DNA of 64,000 bases from Lama guanicoe (GCA_013239625.1 MU056000.1:12785175-12849174), one strand, 5' to 3'. Counted from the stretch's first letter, positions 25,801 through 39,095 are shown. The notes: generated by a model not told the origin, from the sequence alone. Translations and numbers: made by a program.

Positions 25801-26341
25801 TTTTTAAGAAGGAGTACCCCAATTGTGTACTAAGCAGTATTATAACTATAAGATCTCCCCACTAGGCACATAGCTCACCTTGACACATCAAAGGCTAGAA
25901 GCCATCCTATAAGAGAGGAACATTTGTAACTTTAAGCACTTTTGAGTTTATCTAAGCAAAAATGTCCCTTTCCACACACATATATAATCATTATTTTTTA
26001 GCTGAAATAAGTAGGGGATTGTCATCATTAATTTCAGCAAAAGTCCCCATGGATATGTGTTACTTTGCTTAATAAGTTGAGAAAAAAATTTGAGCTGACT
26101 CTTGCAGTTACTGAGAAAGGGAATGAGTGAGGGGAACTAATTGTGTAAGGAGGGGAAGGGAGGTAGGGATTCCACAAGTGAGAAATTCCCTGCAATGGGG
26201 AATAGTTGAGAGGTTTTCAACAAAGAAATATGTAGCACTTAACTTTATGTTCTAGTTTCTGCTAGGCTTCTGTGTAATACTCCAGTGCTACTCCCTGAAT
26301 CCTCATTAATGCCTATTCCTCAGAACTGCCTTGTGAGAGTG

Positions 26342-27655
26342 ATGTTTGCCAGAAATCAAGATCGAAAGAGACTGTGTGCCTTGGGGTCATCACAGGGTGA
26401 AGGGAAAATACAGTTAAAAGAGAGATGTTAAAGTGAGTTGGGGAAATCAGGAGAGTCAGGGCTCAGAGCTGGAAACTATAGAAAATTAGGATAAATTTAT
26501 ACCTTGACCAACCTCTGTTGTTGGACCTGAATCATTTTATTTACAAATTAAAGGGTAGAGGAGTTGGAGATGCTGAAGTAACCACCTGGATGGAGAGAAA
26601 GAAAAATTCTGAAAGAAATAATTACAAATTCAGAGTGCTTCCTCCTCCTCCTCCCAATCATCTAAGAAATATGACCAGAGTTCTTCAGGAATTAACTTGT
26701 CAGAGCAACAGTGAAAGGACATCTGTTAAAGAAAGAAGGATTACAAGATGCTTCAAATAAACACAAAACTAAGAAGAAGAAGTGTTTAAGAACATCAGAA
26801 AACAACTTCAGGATTACCAGGATCTGAAAGAAGAAAAGATTTTCCTTGGAGACCACTGGGAAAACCCAAAGAATGTGCTCTTCATCTTAATTGCTTTAAA
26901 AGAGGGATCTAAATAAGGAGATCCAGTGGGGAAGAAGGAAGGATATGTGACGTGTTACTGGTTTTAGGAGCCTGGTTTGGAAGGGATTGAAAGAATTAAG
27001 CTGTGTAGTAGTTCGATGTGTGGGCTCTGGATCCAGGCTCCCTGAAGTTGAATCCTTTTTTAGCTTAACTTCTCTGTCTTTTGTTATTATATTCTAGGAA
27101 AGGGTGTTCATAATTTTATCTCTACTAAGGGAGATTTATATCTATAAAGTGCTTGGAATAGGGCCTTGCAGATGATAAGGGTTCAGTAAATGTTATTGAT
27201 TAGTAATTAAAATTATTGAAAATTCCCCTCCAACAGCTGCAGGTAAGGAGGCAAAAGTGACATCAACTGAGGAATCTCATTCTAGTGGCTGAAAAGTCAT
27301 ACAGCTGTTTGGATATAGGGAGAAATATCAGGAAAATTAGTATAGGGAACTTCAGGCACTTATTGGCAATTTCCAAAGTAACCTTATGTTATCATGAAAA
27401 AAACGTTTCACGGTATTCGAAAACAAGCCTGGGGAATTTTTAGGAGTTGTGACTCTGAGTACAGGTGAGATGCAGTAAGAGGGCCAAATAGATTGAATTC
27501 TGTTGGATGTTAGATTGTTTACAAGAAAGATGCCTTAGGGAGAAATAAAACTTTCAAAGATGGTAGAATAAGCATGATGACTTTGAAAAATAAACACTTG
27601 TGATAGACCCAACATTAGTTTCAAAAATTTTGCTATAGAGGAACTTGCAGAATAA
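26342..27655 (+). pseudogene. Possible decayed PNMA/MOAP1-like (Ty3/Gypsy gag) relic, interrupted by a MIR
   Basis: Manual translation gives motifs resembling PNMA-family gag (RKRLCALGSSQ, GNYRKLG*IY, ES..VIQL, LQAL, PGEFL, GQID..RL, PN..IEE) with many stops; unscored by-eye alignment. Confidence 0.3.
27002..27205 (+). mobile_element. MIR SINE
   Basis: tgggctctggatccagg...gttgaatcc...cttaacttctctgtc...tataaagtgcttggaatagggcctt...tcagtaaatgttatt. Confidence 0.75.
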
Positions 27656-28231
27656 AATAGGAAAAGTCTGTCAGAAAAACACAAATTAAGGGTGACCCCA
27701 TACCTAGAATTTTAATTCATGAATAGATCTATCATCATATACTCCCCAGAGAAAACATGTGGAAAACACTGGGAGTGGAGACAAAAATGGATGAGGTTAA
27801 TTAGGAAATTATGTTGATGTGCATTATCCAGCTGGATAAAGTGTGGGAATCTGGGGTACTTTTTGACGTAAGATAAATCTTATTCTTGCTTTCTGACTGT
27901 CGGCACTTCCTACAGCTTGAGGACCAAGGAAACCTTAAGATATGTTGAGGATAGTGAATGATAGACAAGTAGGTTTTACATTTCTCCCAAGCCCTGCTTC
28001 TGGGCTGTGGATAGCCACTATTTTGCTCTGGAATCACAAGTAGTTATGAGAGAACACACTAGGAAATTTCTCACCCACTGAGATGCAACCATCTTCTGAA
28101 CTCTGGCTCACATCTCTCATTCCGTGGATATTTCAGCAGATCACTGCTTATTCTCCTCTTCTTAACGATATTAACAACAGCATGGGGAGCCATTTTGCAA
28201 CAATACTAATAGTATTTCTTCTTCCTTATTT

Positions 28232-29118
28232 TTAAATAGCCTTTTTATTGTGGCAAAATACACACAGCATCAAATTTACCATTGGAACCATTTTTAAGTG
28301 TATGGTTCAGTAGCATTAACTACATTCACATGTGATGCAACCATCACTATCCTCCCCAGAACTTTCCATCTGGCAAAACTGAAACTCCGTATCCATTAAA
28401 CAATGTCCCCCATTCTCCGCTCCCCCAGCTCCTTTCTTTCTGTATGAATTTGGCTACTCTTGTTACCTCACAGAGGTAGAGTCATAGAGTACTTTTCCTT
28501 TTTTAACTGGCTTACTTCACTGAGCATAATGTCTTCTAGGTTCATCCATGTTGTATTATGTGTCAGAATTTCTTTCCTTTTTAACACTGAATAATATTTT
28601 GTTGTGTGCATACACCACATTTTGTTTATCAGTTTGGCCACCATTAGGTACTTGGGTTGCTTTCAACTTTTGGCTATTATGAATAATGCTGCTATGAATA
28701 TGGGTATACAAATGTCTGCTTTTAAATCATTTAGGTAAATACCCAGGAGTGAAATTGCTGGATCATGGAGTAATTCTGTTTCATTTTTTGAGGAACCACC
28801 ATGCTATGTTATTTTATGTTCTCACCTGCACTGCACAAACTTTCCAGTTTCTCTACATTCTTGCCAACACATTATTTCCTTTTTCTTTCATGATAGCTCT
28901 TCTAGTGAGTGCAAAATGATATTGTAGTTTTGCTTTGTATTTTCCTAATAATTAGTGATGTTAAACATTTTTTCAATGTTTATTGGCCATTGGTTTACTC
29001 TTTTTGGAGAAGTGTCTATTCAAGTCATTTGCTCATTTTAAAATCAGGCTAATTTATTCCTATTGAATTGTAAGAATTCTTTTTATGTTCTGGATAATAA
29101 TCCTTTATCAGTTAAATG
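28232..29118 (-). mobile_element. L1MB-like 3' end and ORF2 end, antisense
   Basis: tttattgtggcaaaatacacacagcatcaaatttaccatt...acccaggagtgaaattgctggatcatgg...ttggagaagtgtctattcaagtc. Confidence 0.92.
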
Positions 29119-29119
29119 G

Positions 29120-29995
29120 CATTCTGAGGTATAACTGACATATAATAAACTACTTATATTTTATTTAAATTGTACAATTTGATAAAGTTTTGCCATTTGT
29201 ATACACCTGTTAAGTCATTACCACAATCAACATAATACATCCTTCTCCACCAAATTTCCTTGTGCCCCTCTTGGTACTTTTCCCCAACTCGTCCTGCCCC
29301 TAAACTTGTCCGTGTCCCCAAGCAATCACTGCTGTATTTATGTCACTATACATTAGTTTGGATTTTCTAGATTTTATTTATGTGGAATCATGCGGTATGT
29401 ACTTTTGCGTGTGTTTGTGTGTGTGTGTATACTTGTGTGTGTGTGTATGTGTGTGTGTGTGTGGTGGAGGTGGTAGGATTCTTTTCACTCAGCACAATTA
29501 TTTTGAGATTGATCCATGTTGTACATATCAATAATTCATTCCTTTTTATAGCTGAGTAGGATTCCATTGCATGGATTATACTACAATTTGTTAATAAATT
29601 CACCTGCAGATGGACATCTATTTGAGTTGTTTCAGTTTTGGATGCTGATGAAAAAAGTTGCTGCAAACATTCATGTACAGGTGTTTGTATGAGCATATAC
29701 TTCTATTCCTCTTAGGTAAGTACCTTAGAATGATATGGCCAGGTTATATAGGTACGTTCAACATTACAAGAAGTGAAAAATATTTTTCAAGGTGATTGCA
29801 CTGTTTCACATTCCCAGCATGTACAAGCTCCATATTCCAGTTGCTCCATATTCTCACCAGCATCTGGTAGAGACAGGCATTTTAATTTCAGCCACTCAAA
29901 TATGTGTGTAGTAGTATTTAATTGCAGCTTTAATGTGTATTTCCCTAATCATTAATGATACTAGTATCCTTTTATGTCTAATTTACATCTGTATA
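29120..29995 (-). mobile_element. Second, older L1 (L1MC/L1MD-like) 3' end, antisense, containing (GT)n at about 29408-29463
   Basis: tgaggtataactgacatataataaac...; minus ORF IHAMESYSAIKRNELLICTTWINLKIIVLSEK. Confidence 0.88.
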
Positions 29996-30190
29996 TATTT
30001 CTCTTCACTCGTCTCTCTTTTGGGATTTTAGTTACACATCTGTTAAGCCACAAGTTACTAGTGGCTGTTTATTTTTGTTTTTAGTCTCTTTTTCTCTGTT
30101 TTATTTTTGATAGTGTGCATTGTTATCTATATCTCAAAGTACATTAATCTTTTCTTTGGCAACATTTAATCCATTGCAAACTTCTTTCTT

Positions 30191-30272
<82 letters not shown>

Positions 30273-31280
30273 TATATATATTTATTTATTTTAAAATTTC
30301 AGACCTTGCAGTTTTAACTTTAGAAGTTCTATTTTTTTTCATATTTTCCATGTCTCTACTTGACATGTTCAATCTTTCCTGCATCTTTTAAAACATATGG
30401 TTCACAGTTATAAGTACTTTTAATGTTTTTTCCACTAACTGTCAGCTGTGTCATTTCTGTAATCATTTTAATAGGTTTATTTTCCTTCTTATGATGGCTC
30501 TTATTTCCCTGCCTTTGCATGCATGGCCACCTGCAATTCGACGTCAGACATGGTGCTTTCCCTTGTTGAGCGCTGTATCTTTTTCAGTCCTACCCACATT
30601 CCTGTGCTTTGTTCTGAGAAGCGTTCAAGTTATTTGGAAACCGTGGATCATTTCAGATTTTGCTTTTAAGCTTTGTTCAGTTAGACCAGAGTGGCATTTA
30701 GTCTATTAATTTTTCTCACAAAGAATTGCTCTACCCAACGTCCCATGAAATACAAGACTTTCCGTGTTTGTTGCTTGGGAACAGGAACTACCCTCCACCT
30801 TTCGTGATATCTGAGGATTGTTCATTCCTATCTTTTTGAATGCTTCTTTCCTGCTTCTTGGGTAGTTTCCTCACTTACATGTGCTGATCAGTACTCAGCC
30901 GAAGACTCAAGAAGGATGCTCTGCAGGTGCCTCTGATATCTCTTTGTGCAGCCATCTTTTTAAAATTTTTATTATACTCATTCCTGCAAATTCTACCTGC
31001 CATGATCCCCTTGAAGTCCTACCTCTACCTTATAACTCAGGGACATCTTCAGAATCCATCTGGGTTGCTTCACTGTGTTGTGGTCTAAACCATCTCTTCA
31101 GTCAGTAAACTGGGGTGAGTGTACAGCTCATTTTGTTTTTGTTAGTAGTCACTGTCTTTCATTGTCTGCTGTTCAATATCTTGACAATCCTTGTTACTTG
31201 CTCAGTTTTTGGTTGTGTCAAATAGGTGTGTAAATCCAGTCACTGCTGCTTCAGTTTAGTTATAAGTGGAAACCTTCTTG
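29996..31280 (-). mobile_element. Old L1 ORF1/5'-region fragment, antisense
   Basis: ctcttttgggattttagttacacatctgttaag and gtgctgatcagtactcagccgaagactc motifs typical of L1M 5' ends. Confidence 0.55.
30192..30290. repeat. Compound microsatellite (CTAT)n(CT)n(TA)n(TTTA)n
   Basis: Read directly. Confidence 0.95.
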
Positions 31281-31295
31281 AGAATATCTTGATAT

Positions 31296-31715
31296 ACTGT
31301 CCTACCTTTGCCTTTCCCTCCTAGTGGAGCCTGAGAAAGGACTTAGGTACATGGAATTTATCTGGGAGGTGATCCCAGGAGGTAGGAGAAATTTTTATAT
31401 GCCAGTAAAAAAATGCTTTGTTGAGCTGGTTACCACCGTGTATACTTGAGCCTCTGAGGATTTATCCCAGGGATGGATAGGAGGTTGGGGAGACATATAG
31501 CTACTAATTCACATTCTCCAATTAGTTGAGGGTTGCCCCTGCTTGTTTCCTAATCTATAATTTTGTATTAGTATTACAGTGAACTCCTATGACTTTGCAA
31601 AACATTCCTGGGCAGCAAAGTGGAGAGATGCGGCAGGCACTTGAGGTGCTGACAGGTACAGGGCAGCTGTCCATTGCAGCTTACAGCTGAAATTGTTGGG
31701 CTGAGCATATGTGGT
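31296..31715 (-). mobile_element. ERVL LTR (LTR33-like)
   Basis: gagcctgagaaaggacttaggtacatggaatttatctgggaggtgatcccaggag...ttgagctggttaccac. Confidence 0.65.
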
Positions 31716-32841
31716 ACAAAAAACACCAATTCCACTTCTTCTCTTGGTTTTACTTTCTTCACCAAGTACAAGTCCCTCATTTTCACCATTCTTCTTTCTT
31801 ATTTATTCAAAATAAATTACTCCAACAAATTTTTGTTGAACTCATTTATACAACATGAGCACTTTCATAAAGTGTGGCTATTTGGGGGCACAGAAAAGGT
31901 TAGTTGAGCGCTAGTTTATTTTAAAATTAATAATCTATTTATTAAACTTCAAATAAGAAGCTTTAAAGCTCTTATTCATTATCAAGTTTTTAAGTTCAAT
32001 TACATACCTCATCATTCTCCTGATAAATTTAATAGATTTTAATGACCACATTAAGGGCAATTTTATAAAGTAATTTAATATATTTTAACATTAAAAACTA
32101 ATTTATAATTTTAATGTATTTGATTCTCATTTTAGGGACATCTATTTCCTCAGCCAAAATAAAAATAACATTTCTATGTACTCAAATAATTCTTGTAAGT
32201 CTAATAAATTAAACTTTTGCATTGGAAGGGTCTAATTTTTTTAAGGTTTAAATTTTCTTTTTGTAAACTTAGTGAAATTTCAAGTTAAGAGTCTAAAACA
32301 ATTACTCATTAAGACATTTTAAACTGAAATGATAAACTAATCTGCTACTGCAATGGCAGAATTATCTTAAAAGTTGCACACATTTAAAACATAAAATATG
32401 TGAACATTATTGTTTAACACAGAATTATAACTATTAAGGGTTTGGTTGACTTTGTCATTTAATACCTACTTTTAAAACCTTAAAAGTTAAAAATGATTAA
32501 GCACTGGGGAATCAATTATGCCATTTTAGGAGAATTTTAGAGTCAATTCCCAAGCTTATCATTATTACTATTATTTGGTTTAAGTGCTCAGTTGTCTGAG
32601 GTTGCATGGTAACCAGTTATTTCGGCAAAATGTGCAAATTTGGAATTACAGATTTTATCCAAATTCCCACCTGAGTCTATTTGACTTCATAGTTGCTCTG
32701 GAAATGAGGAGCTTTCTTATCCCTGTGTTAAACTTACATGTCGCTAAATCTCTAATTTATTAAAATGTCCAGTAAGATTTCTTCAATCATCTATGTAAGT
32801 TTCGTAGTTTTTGTTCTAGTAATTTACACTATTTTGATGTT

Positions 32842-33305
32842 AATTTATCCTTCCAGAAATTATTTTTTGAGTGTCTACGAGCACCCAATACTCCTCTAGG
32901 CTTTTGAAGATACTGTTGAACACGACAAAAATCCCTGCTTTGTAGTACATACCCACTAAGAGAAGGAAAAGGAAACTAAATGACAAGGCTATCAAGCAAG
33001 AAAAAGGTGGCACAGACACACATGAGTAAATTATTTGGTATGTTAGAAGGGGATAAAAGTCAATGGACAAAGAAAAAAACAGAGCAGGAGAAAGGATGAT
33101 GAGCGCTATGGAGGAGGGGTTGTCAGGATGCAAAACTGTGTAAGACAGTCAGGAGGGGTCTCCCTAGCAGGTGGTATTGAAAATAGGTTTGAAGGGACTG
33201 AAGGAGTTAAGCAAGTGAATGTTAAGGAAGAGCGTCCAGGCAGTGAGAAGAGATAGTCAATGACCCAAGGCTAAAGCATCCCATTGTCTTTAAGGAACAA
33301 CAAAC
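32842..33305 (-). mobile_element. L2 LINE 3' region, antisense
   Basis: tttttgagtgtctac...gaagatactgttgaacacgacaaaaatccctgc...gtcaggaggggtctcc...ggaagagcgtccaggcag. Confidence 0.75.
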
Positions 33306-35506
33306 CTTTGTCTCTTGACTGACCTGAGCACTTCTGTGGGAGCTGGTGCTACCTCCAGCCGCCGCCACTCTCCTTCACCTCTGATGCGGGTAAAATGCAC
33401 CCAAGACCCAGTGGCAGTGGGGTCTTAGCGCCTATGCTTGACCCTGGCTGAGGGTCTCACTTTTGCTTTTTTTGAATCTTTAATTCACCCCATCTAATCC
33501 ATCCTCTGTATCAGTGGTCTCCACATTAGAGACGGTGCATTTAAAGCTATTGAAAAATATTTAAAGTTCTTTTTATATTTATTTGTTATTTTTACACTTA
33601 AATTTTTTGGTTTTTACCAGTTTTATGCATAGTGTCATAGAGCTTTACAAGGTTCACAAAATTCATCCACATTTTCCACTCCTCGGAAGCAACTACTTTT
33701 ACATTTTTAGTTTTCTATCTTGGTATGTATCAACTTTTTGCCAGAAGAGAGAAAGGAGCTCTTAGGAATCCTACTGTTCCTTAAAAAAATATTTTAAAAC
33801 ATCCCCTCTGGTTTTAGTCCCTTTTTCTCCCCTTACTTCTATAATCTCCTGGTGCTTCAAAATTCTTAGCTTTTTAAAAATTTTTTCAGTATAAATAAGG
33901 ATTTTTTAATTGACTTTTCATACTGATAACTTATTTAAGCCATACCTCTGGTCTTCGCACTTTTCAGTTTTCAATATTTTACTGCTGTGGTTTCCTCTCT
34001 AATCATCTTTGTGGCTTTTAGACTTATATTTTAAGGCTTTTAAAATTATAATATTTTAATGTTTTTTGTTGGAGTTTGGGCTAAAACTAAAGTAGATGTG
34101 TTTGTTAAATGTGATTACTTTACCTGGAAGTATTTTACAGGATTAAGCATACTAACATTTATGGTGTATAGTGATATAACTTAGACTTGAAAGCACATAC
34201 ATTTGATAGGTTGGTGGCACGAGACTAATTTTGGAGATCAGTATTCACACTGGCCAGAGTGTTCTTTTCTAATTTAATTGCAAATTGTCTCAGATCCAGC
34301 AGAGCTTCCTGGTTTTCATTTGAAGCATTCATTCTTACATATTTAAGAGCAGACAAACATCATCTTTCTTATGAGGAGCAGTTATATAACTTCAGTGGGT
34401 GAGCATCAAAGAGGTGGGACATCTTTCCATTTAAATCACTGGAAAATCGAACAATTCAAGATACCAAACTCTCAGATGCTCTTTTGCAGTGAAAAATAAA
34501 CAATTCTAATGACTTGGCTTTAGAGATGAGAAAAGATCAAGTGAAAGACTGATTTTTACACCTGTTCTCAAGTGTAGAAGCCTTATGATGCAGCAGTAAT
34601 TTCACAGATTTGCCGTCTAACTGCAGCAGAATGATTTCTGTGACAATAGGTTGCCACCAACAGTCTCATGGAAACCGTGTACGTAGAAAGAGTTCACAAA
34701 ACAACGAGGTTTATATATAGGAGTCAGACTGATTTTTATTCTTGGCAGCCTTTAGATTAAATCTTAAATTGGTATATTGAGATTTCTGTTTGCTTTATCC
34801 GCACGTGGGGTTTTGCTATTTGATTTTCCGTACATTATTGGTAATAGGCTTTATCCTTGATTGTCTGAAAAGCTTGGATTTCTTTTCCTTTCAGGAAACA
34901 GATGGAGGGTGTTCTTTGGAGCTAAACTCTATGTGTTGCAAAATGAAGATTCTTCATTTAAAAGCTTTCCTTTAAGTTCTGCAATTGAGTAAGTGAAGCA
35001 AGATCAAATAAATCTCGATCTTGGTCACATCCTGTACCTCTTCATCCTATATTCACATTAAGATGTAATGATATTTGAAATGTTCTCTTTCTCAAACCAC
35101 CAATTATTATTTAAATACATTTCACCAGGGAAGAAGCTTTAAGCTGGCAAAGGCAGAAAATGAAAGAGCCCAGAGCGCAGTGAGAGACACTGCACTGCTT
35201 ACCTCAGGAAGGGCCCAACAGAGCTTTAAAAATTAAAATATTGGGACTGCAATTTTGTTGAGACTGCTCTTTCTTCCATTCGGCCTTCCTTTCAGTAAAA
35301 CTTCCCCTCAGGCACTGTGGTGCAGGTGGCACATTTAGGACTCAGCTAAGGCGAGGAAGAGACGAGGAGACCGCTGGTTTTGTTCAGTGGGCTGTACCTG
35401 AGGGGTTTACGGTCACGTTCCTGTGGAGTTCAGTTACTCTTACTATTTCCTTTACACACAGCACTGGAAATAGTTAGGCTGTAAAGTAGAAACACACCTT
35501 GAAATA

Positions 35507-35896
35507 TGTTGTAGACTGAGAGTTTGTGCCCCTTCCAATTCATTTATTGAAACCCTACCAAATGCAACGGTATTTAGAGTTAGAGGTTTTGGGAAATCAT
35601 TCAATTTAGAAGAGTCATGAGGGCTGGTACCTGAAGATAGGATTAGCATTCTTATAAGAAAAAGAAGAGAGACTAGAGCTTTCTCTGTCTTTCTGTCTCT
35701 GTCTCTCTCTGTCTCTATGTGAAAATACTCCGAGAAGGCAGCTGTCTGCAAGCCAGGAAGAGGGCTCTCACCAAGAACCCAGCCATGCTGGCACCTTGGT
35801 TTTGGCCTTCTCAGTCTCCTTAACTGTGAGAAATGTCTGTTGTTCAAACCAGCCAGTCTCTGGCATTTTGTTACAGCAGCCTGATTAGACTAAGAG
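35507..35896 (+). mobile_element. MaLR solo LTR (MLT1A/MLT1A0-like)
   Basis: TGTTGTAGACTGA...gaaggcagctgtctgcaagccaggaagagggctctcacc...ccatgctggcaccttg...ttttgttacagcagcctga...gactaaga. Confidence 0.9.
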
Positions 35897-36709
35897 AAAA
35901 ACGCATAGAATCAGAAGCAAATCATTGGAAAATGTCCTTAATCGTCAGATGTGTAAATGTAAGGGCAAGATGTAGTTCTCACTGAAGTAACTGTTTTGAA
36001 AAATGAACTAGATAATGCAGCAAATGTAATTACAAACACACTAACTTTTCTATTTGATGAAGAACCTTCAGTAAGCATTTTATGAGAATTCTCATGTTTT
36101 TAGGAAACAAACATGTGCTGCACTACAAATAGCACAACTGCCCATGTACAGAGTTTTGTCCTGGCTGAGGTTTGACGGTTCAGTGTTAAACTACATACAA
36201 AATTGCCACCGACATCACAATATGTGCTAAGAAATCAAGTATTCCTATCTGTTTCATCAATAAGTCAGCACATGCTTGGTTACACACTTATGTAGCTCAA
36301 CCTCAAACAGGGACAACTCAATCCGAGAGCGCTGTTGAAGAATGATTTTTGAAAGAAATTTAAAATGATGACTTTCATACAGATACAAAAACAAACATGT
36401 GATAAGGATTTCATTTAACTCATTTAGGAGACTGGGAAGATGTTAAACAGCTCAAAGGAAAATCCAAGGACTGTGTATACATGTATACATATGTTTGCAT
36501 CAGGAATATTGAAATGAATGAAATGAACGTAACATTTGGAGATAAAACTAGCTTCATCTACAGTAGGGGAGAGAAATGGATTGAACCTATGCTTTCGTAT
36601 TTACAGACAAGAATTATCATGTATTTCTATCAACTATCTACAATTTACGGAGTGATGAAGTACCTCCCAAAAAATCAGAATAAGATAACCCAGAAAGGTG
36701 TACTTTAGG

Positions 36710-36915
36710 CAAGAGGTGGGCAAAGTGTTCTGTTAAGAGCTAAATAGGAAATATTTTAGACTGCGTGTGCTGAGTACTCAAGTCAGCCATTGTGGAGCTG
36801 AAGTGGCCACAGACAATGTGAAACACAAAGGTATGACTGGATTCCAATGAAATCTTATTTACAGAAGCTGATGCTGAGCTGAATTTGGCCAGAGGGCTGG
36901 GTTTGCCACCTCCTG
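36710..36915 (+). mobile_element. MER58A-like hAT-Charlie DNA transposon
   Basis: caagaggtgggcaaa...aaatattttagactg...ttccaatgaaatcttatttacaga...gaatttggcc...gtttgccacctcctg. Confidence 0.85.
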
Positions 36916-37899
36916 CTCAAGACAGTACACTGTTGTCCATGGAAGCACATCTCTTCCTCTACACTGCTTTAATACAAGTTCAAGGCTTGAGAATTCCTGA
37001 CTACACAAATAATTTGAAGCTAGATTGCAAATTTGGGAGACGGACACTGTATGCAATTACTCTGAAATCTAACCTTTTGAATCTGTGCTTCAAGGAAGGG
37101 GGTTACTTGGAACTCCCACTCGAACATTTCTAAACTCAGGTAGCCCCTGGACTTTGGTATTTTTCCCTTTGTCCTGAATTATCATTCAAACCCATTTATG
37201 TCACATGGCTTTCCTCCCATAATTAAGAATCAGCCTCAGGGGGAAGAAAAGTTTTGAGTTCTGACCTTGTCTATACTCTTTTTTCCTTCCAGGTTTTGGC
37301 ATGGTTAATATTTACCTAATGGTTGCTACTTTTAGGACACTTTTTTTACAAACATATTTAATCCTTATTTTTCACTATCATTATTTGCAGGTAGATCTGA
37401 ATTGTTGAGTTGACATTTGTATTCACAGAAGTCTCATTTTTAATGTTGTTTTAAATGATGTTTTAAATATCTTTAGCATCCATTTTAGTATTGCACAAAA
37501 TAACCTTCATTGAATGTTCTTTGGACTTTCCAGTTTCACTAATAACAATAAAACATATTATTTGCTCACTCCATTCTATTCTGAGCCATTTCCAGTGATT
37601 TTAGGAGACTTAAAATTAAGATCCTTCCTTTCGTAAGAAATGGAAAAGCATTATTCAAAATATTTTAGTACTGGTTCCATAGATGATGGAGTATCTTCAG
37701 ATTTTTAATACATATTTTGATTTACCAGTATTGGATAATTTTTAAGAAATGATTCTACTCTATAGAATAAATTTTATGTGTGTTTCTGACTATGATTATT
37801 TTTGAAAGAATCATTGTATTCTATGCCACATTAATTATAATCTTTTCTTTTTACTAAACACTCTATAAGTAAAAAAAAAGAAGCAATATTATGAGAACA

Positions 37900-39095
37900 C
37901 ATTTATGACAGAAGTAATAAAGTCTATTTTAAATATGCAAATATGCAAAAAGATTTATATCATAAAAGGATAAGCTTATATGTTTAAATACATTAAATTT
38001 TAAAAAATGATCTCTGTAATTGAAGAAACATTACACAAAATTAAAAAAATAAGACAAAGTCTAGGAGAAGACATTGGTAATTTATGCCATGTTAATTGAT
38101 ATGAACCCAGAATCTAAAATGAACGACAAATAATTAAGAAAGTGTAACCAATGCAGTAGGAAAATTGGCAATAGTATTAATTCATTGAAGCTGAAATCCC
38201 CAGCGGCAATAAACAGTAATAGTCAATAAACAAATGAAGAATTGCACAATCTCTTTACATGCTATCAAGGGAAATAAAATTAAAACGCAATGAAAAATAA
38301 CTTCATATGCTTAAAAATAGCAGAAGGCAACACCTCTTCTGTTCACTACTCATTGGCCAGAACTAGTCACGTGGTCCCACCTAAACCTATGTGTGGCAGA
38401 AGTGACTGGAAAGCAGAGAGGTGGATATATTTGGTGACTATCAACACCATCCATAATAATTTGATAATGTTCATTGAAGGTGAAGTTGTGTATAGCCCAT
38501 AGCTTGGCATTTTCATTTCTTGGAATCCAATGGAGATATTTTTACAGATGCACAAAAGGAGACGCATACAAAAAAGTTCTTAGAAGCATTGCATGCAATA
38601 AAGAAAAATGTCTATCAAAGGCAAAAGAGAGAGAATTATTTTGGCATATTCATCCAATGGAATGTTTTAGAGCTATTAGAATGAGTGTTCCAGGATCCAT
38701 ACATCAACCTGGATAATTCTTAAAAACACATAATGAATAAGAAAAAATAAACTAGCCACATAGTGTTGTACAAAATGATCTTTTGTATGAGAACTTGTAT
38801 AATACTGAAAGTAATACTATATATTGTTCTAGGATAGCTATCAATGGCTACAAGCCAAGAACACATGAACAGAAAGTATGTTTAACATATTTAGGAAGAT
38901 GAGTCATCCATGCAGAGAGGGAATGGGTTGGATACCATAGTGGGGTACAAAGGAGGCATTAATTCCTTAACGGTCCTCTGAAGTTTAAATTTAAATCAGA
39001 CAAGGCAAAATATTCAATATGGATGGCACATATACGGTCATTTAGAATAATACTTTTTAAATTATTTGTTTGACATTTTCTAATTAAAAAATAAA
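37900..39095 (+). mobile_element. Old L1 (L1ME-like) ORF2/3' fragment containing an MLT1-like piece at about 38320-38450
   Basis: ctaggagaagacattggtaat, ggcatattcatccaatggaatg; MLT1 motif cattggccagaactagtcacgtggtcccacctaa. Confidence 0.6.

Noticed and set aside
26148..26170. G-quadruplex candidate
   Set aside because: Only three runs of 3 or more G within short loops
35452..35847. Longest ORF (131 aa)
   Set aside because: Antisense of an MLT1A LTR
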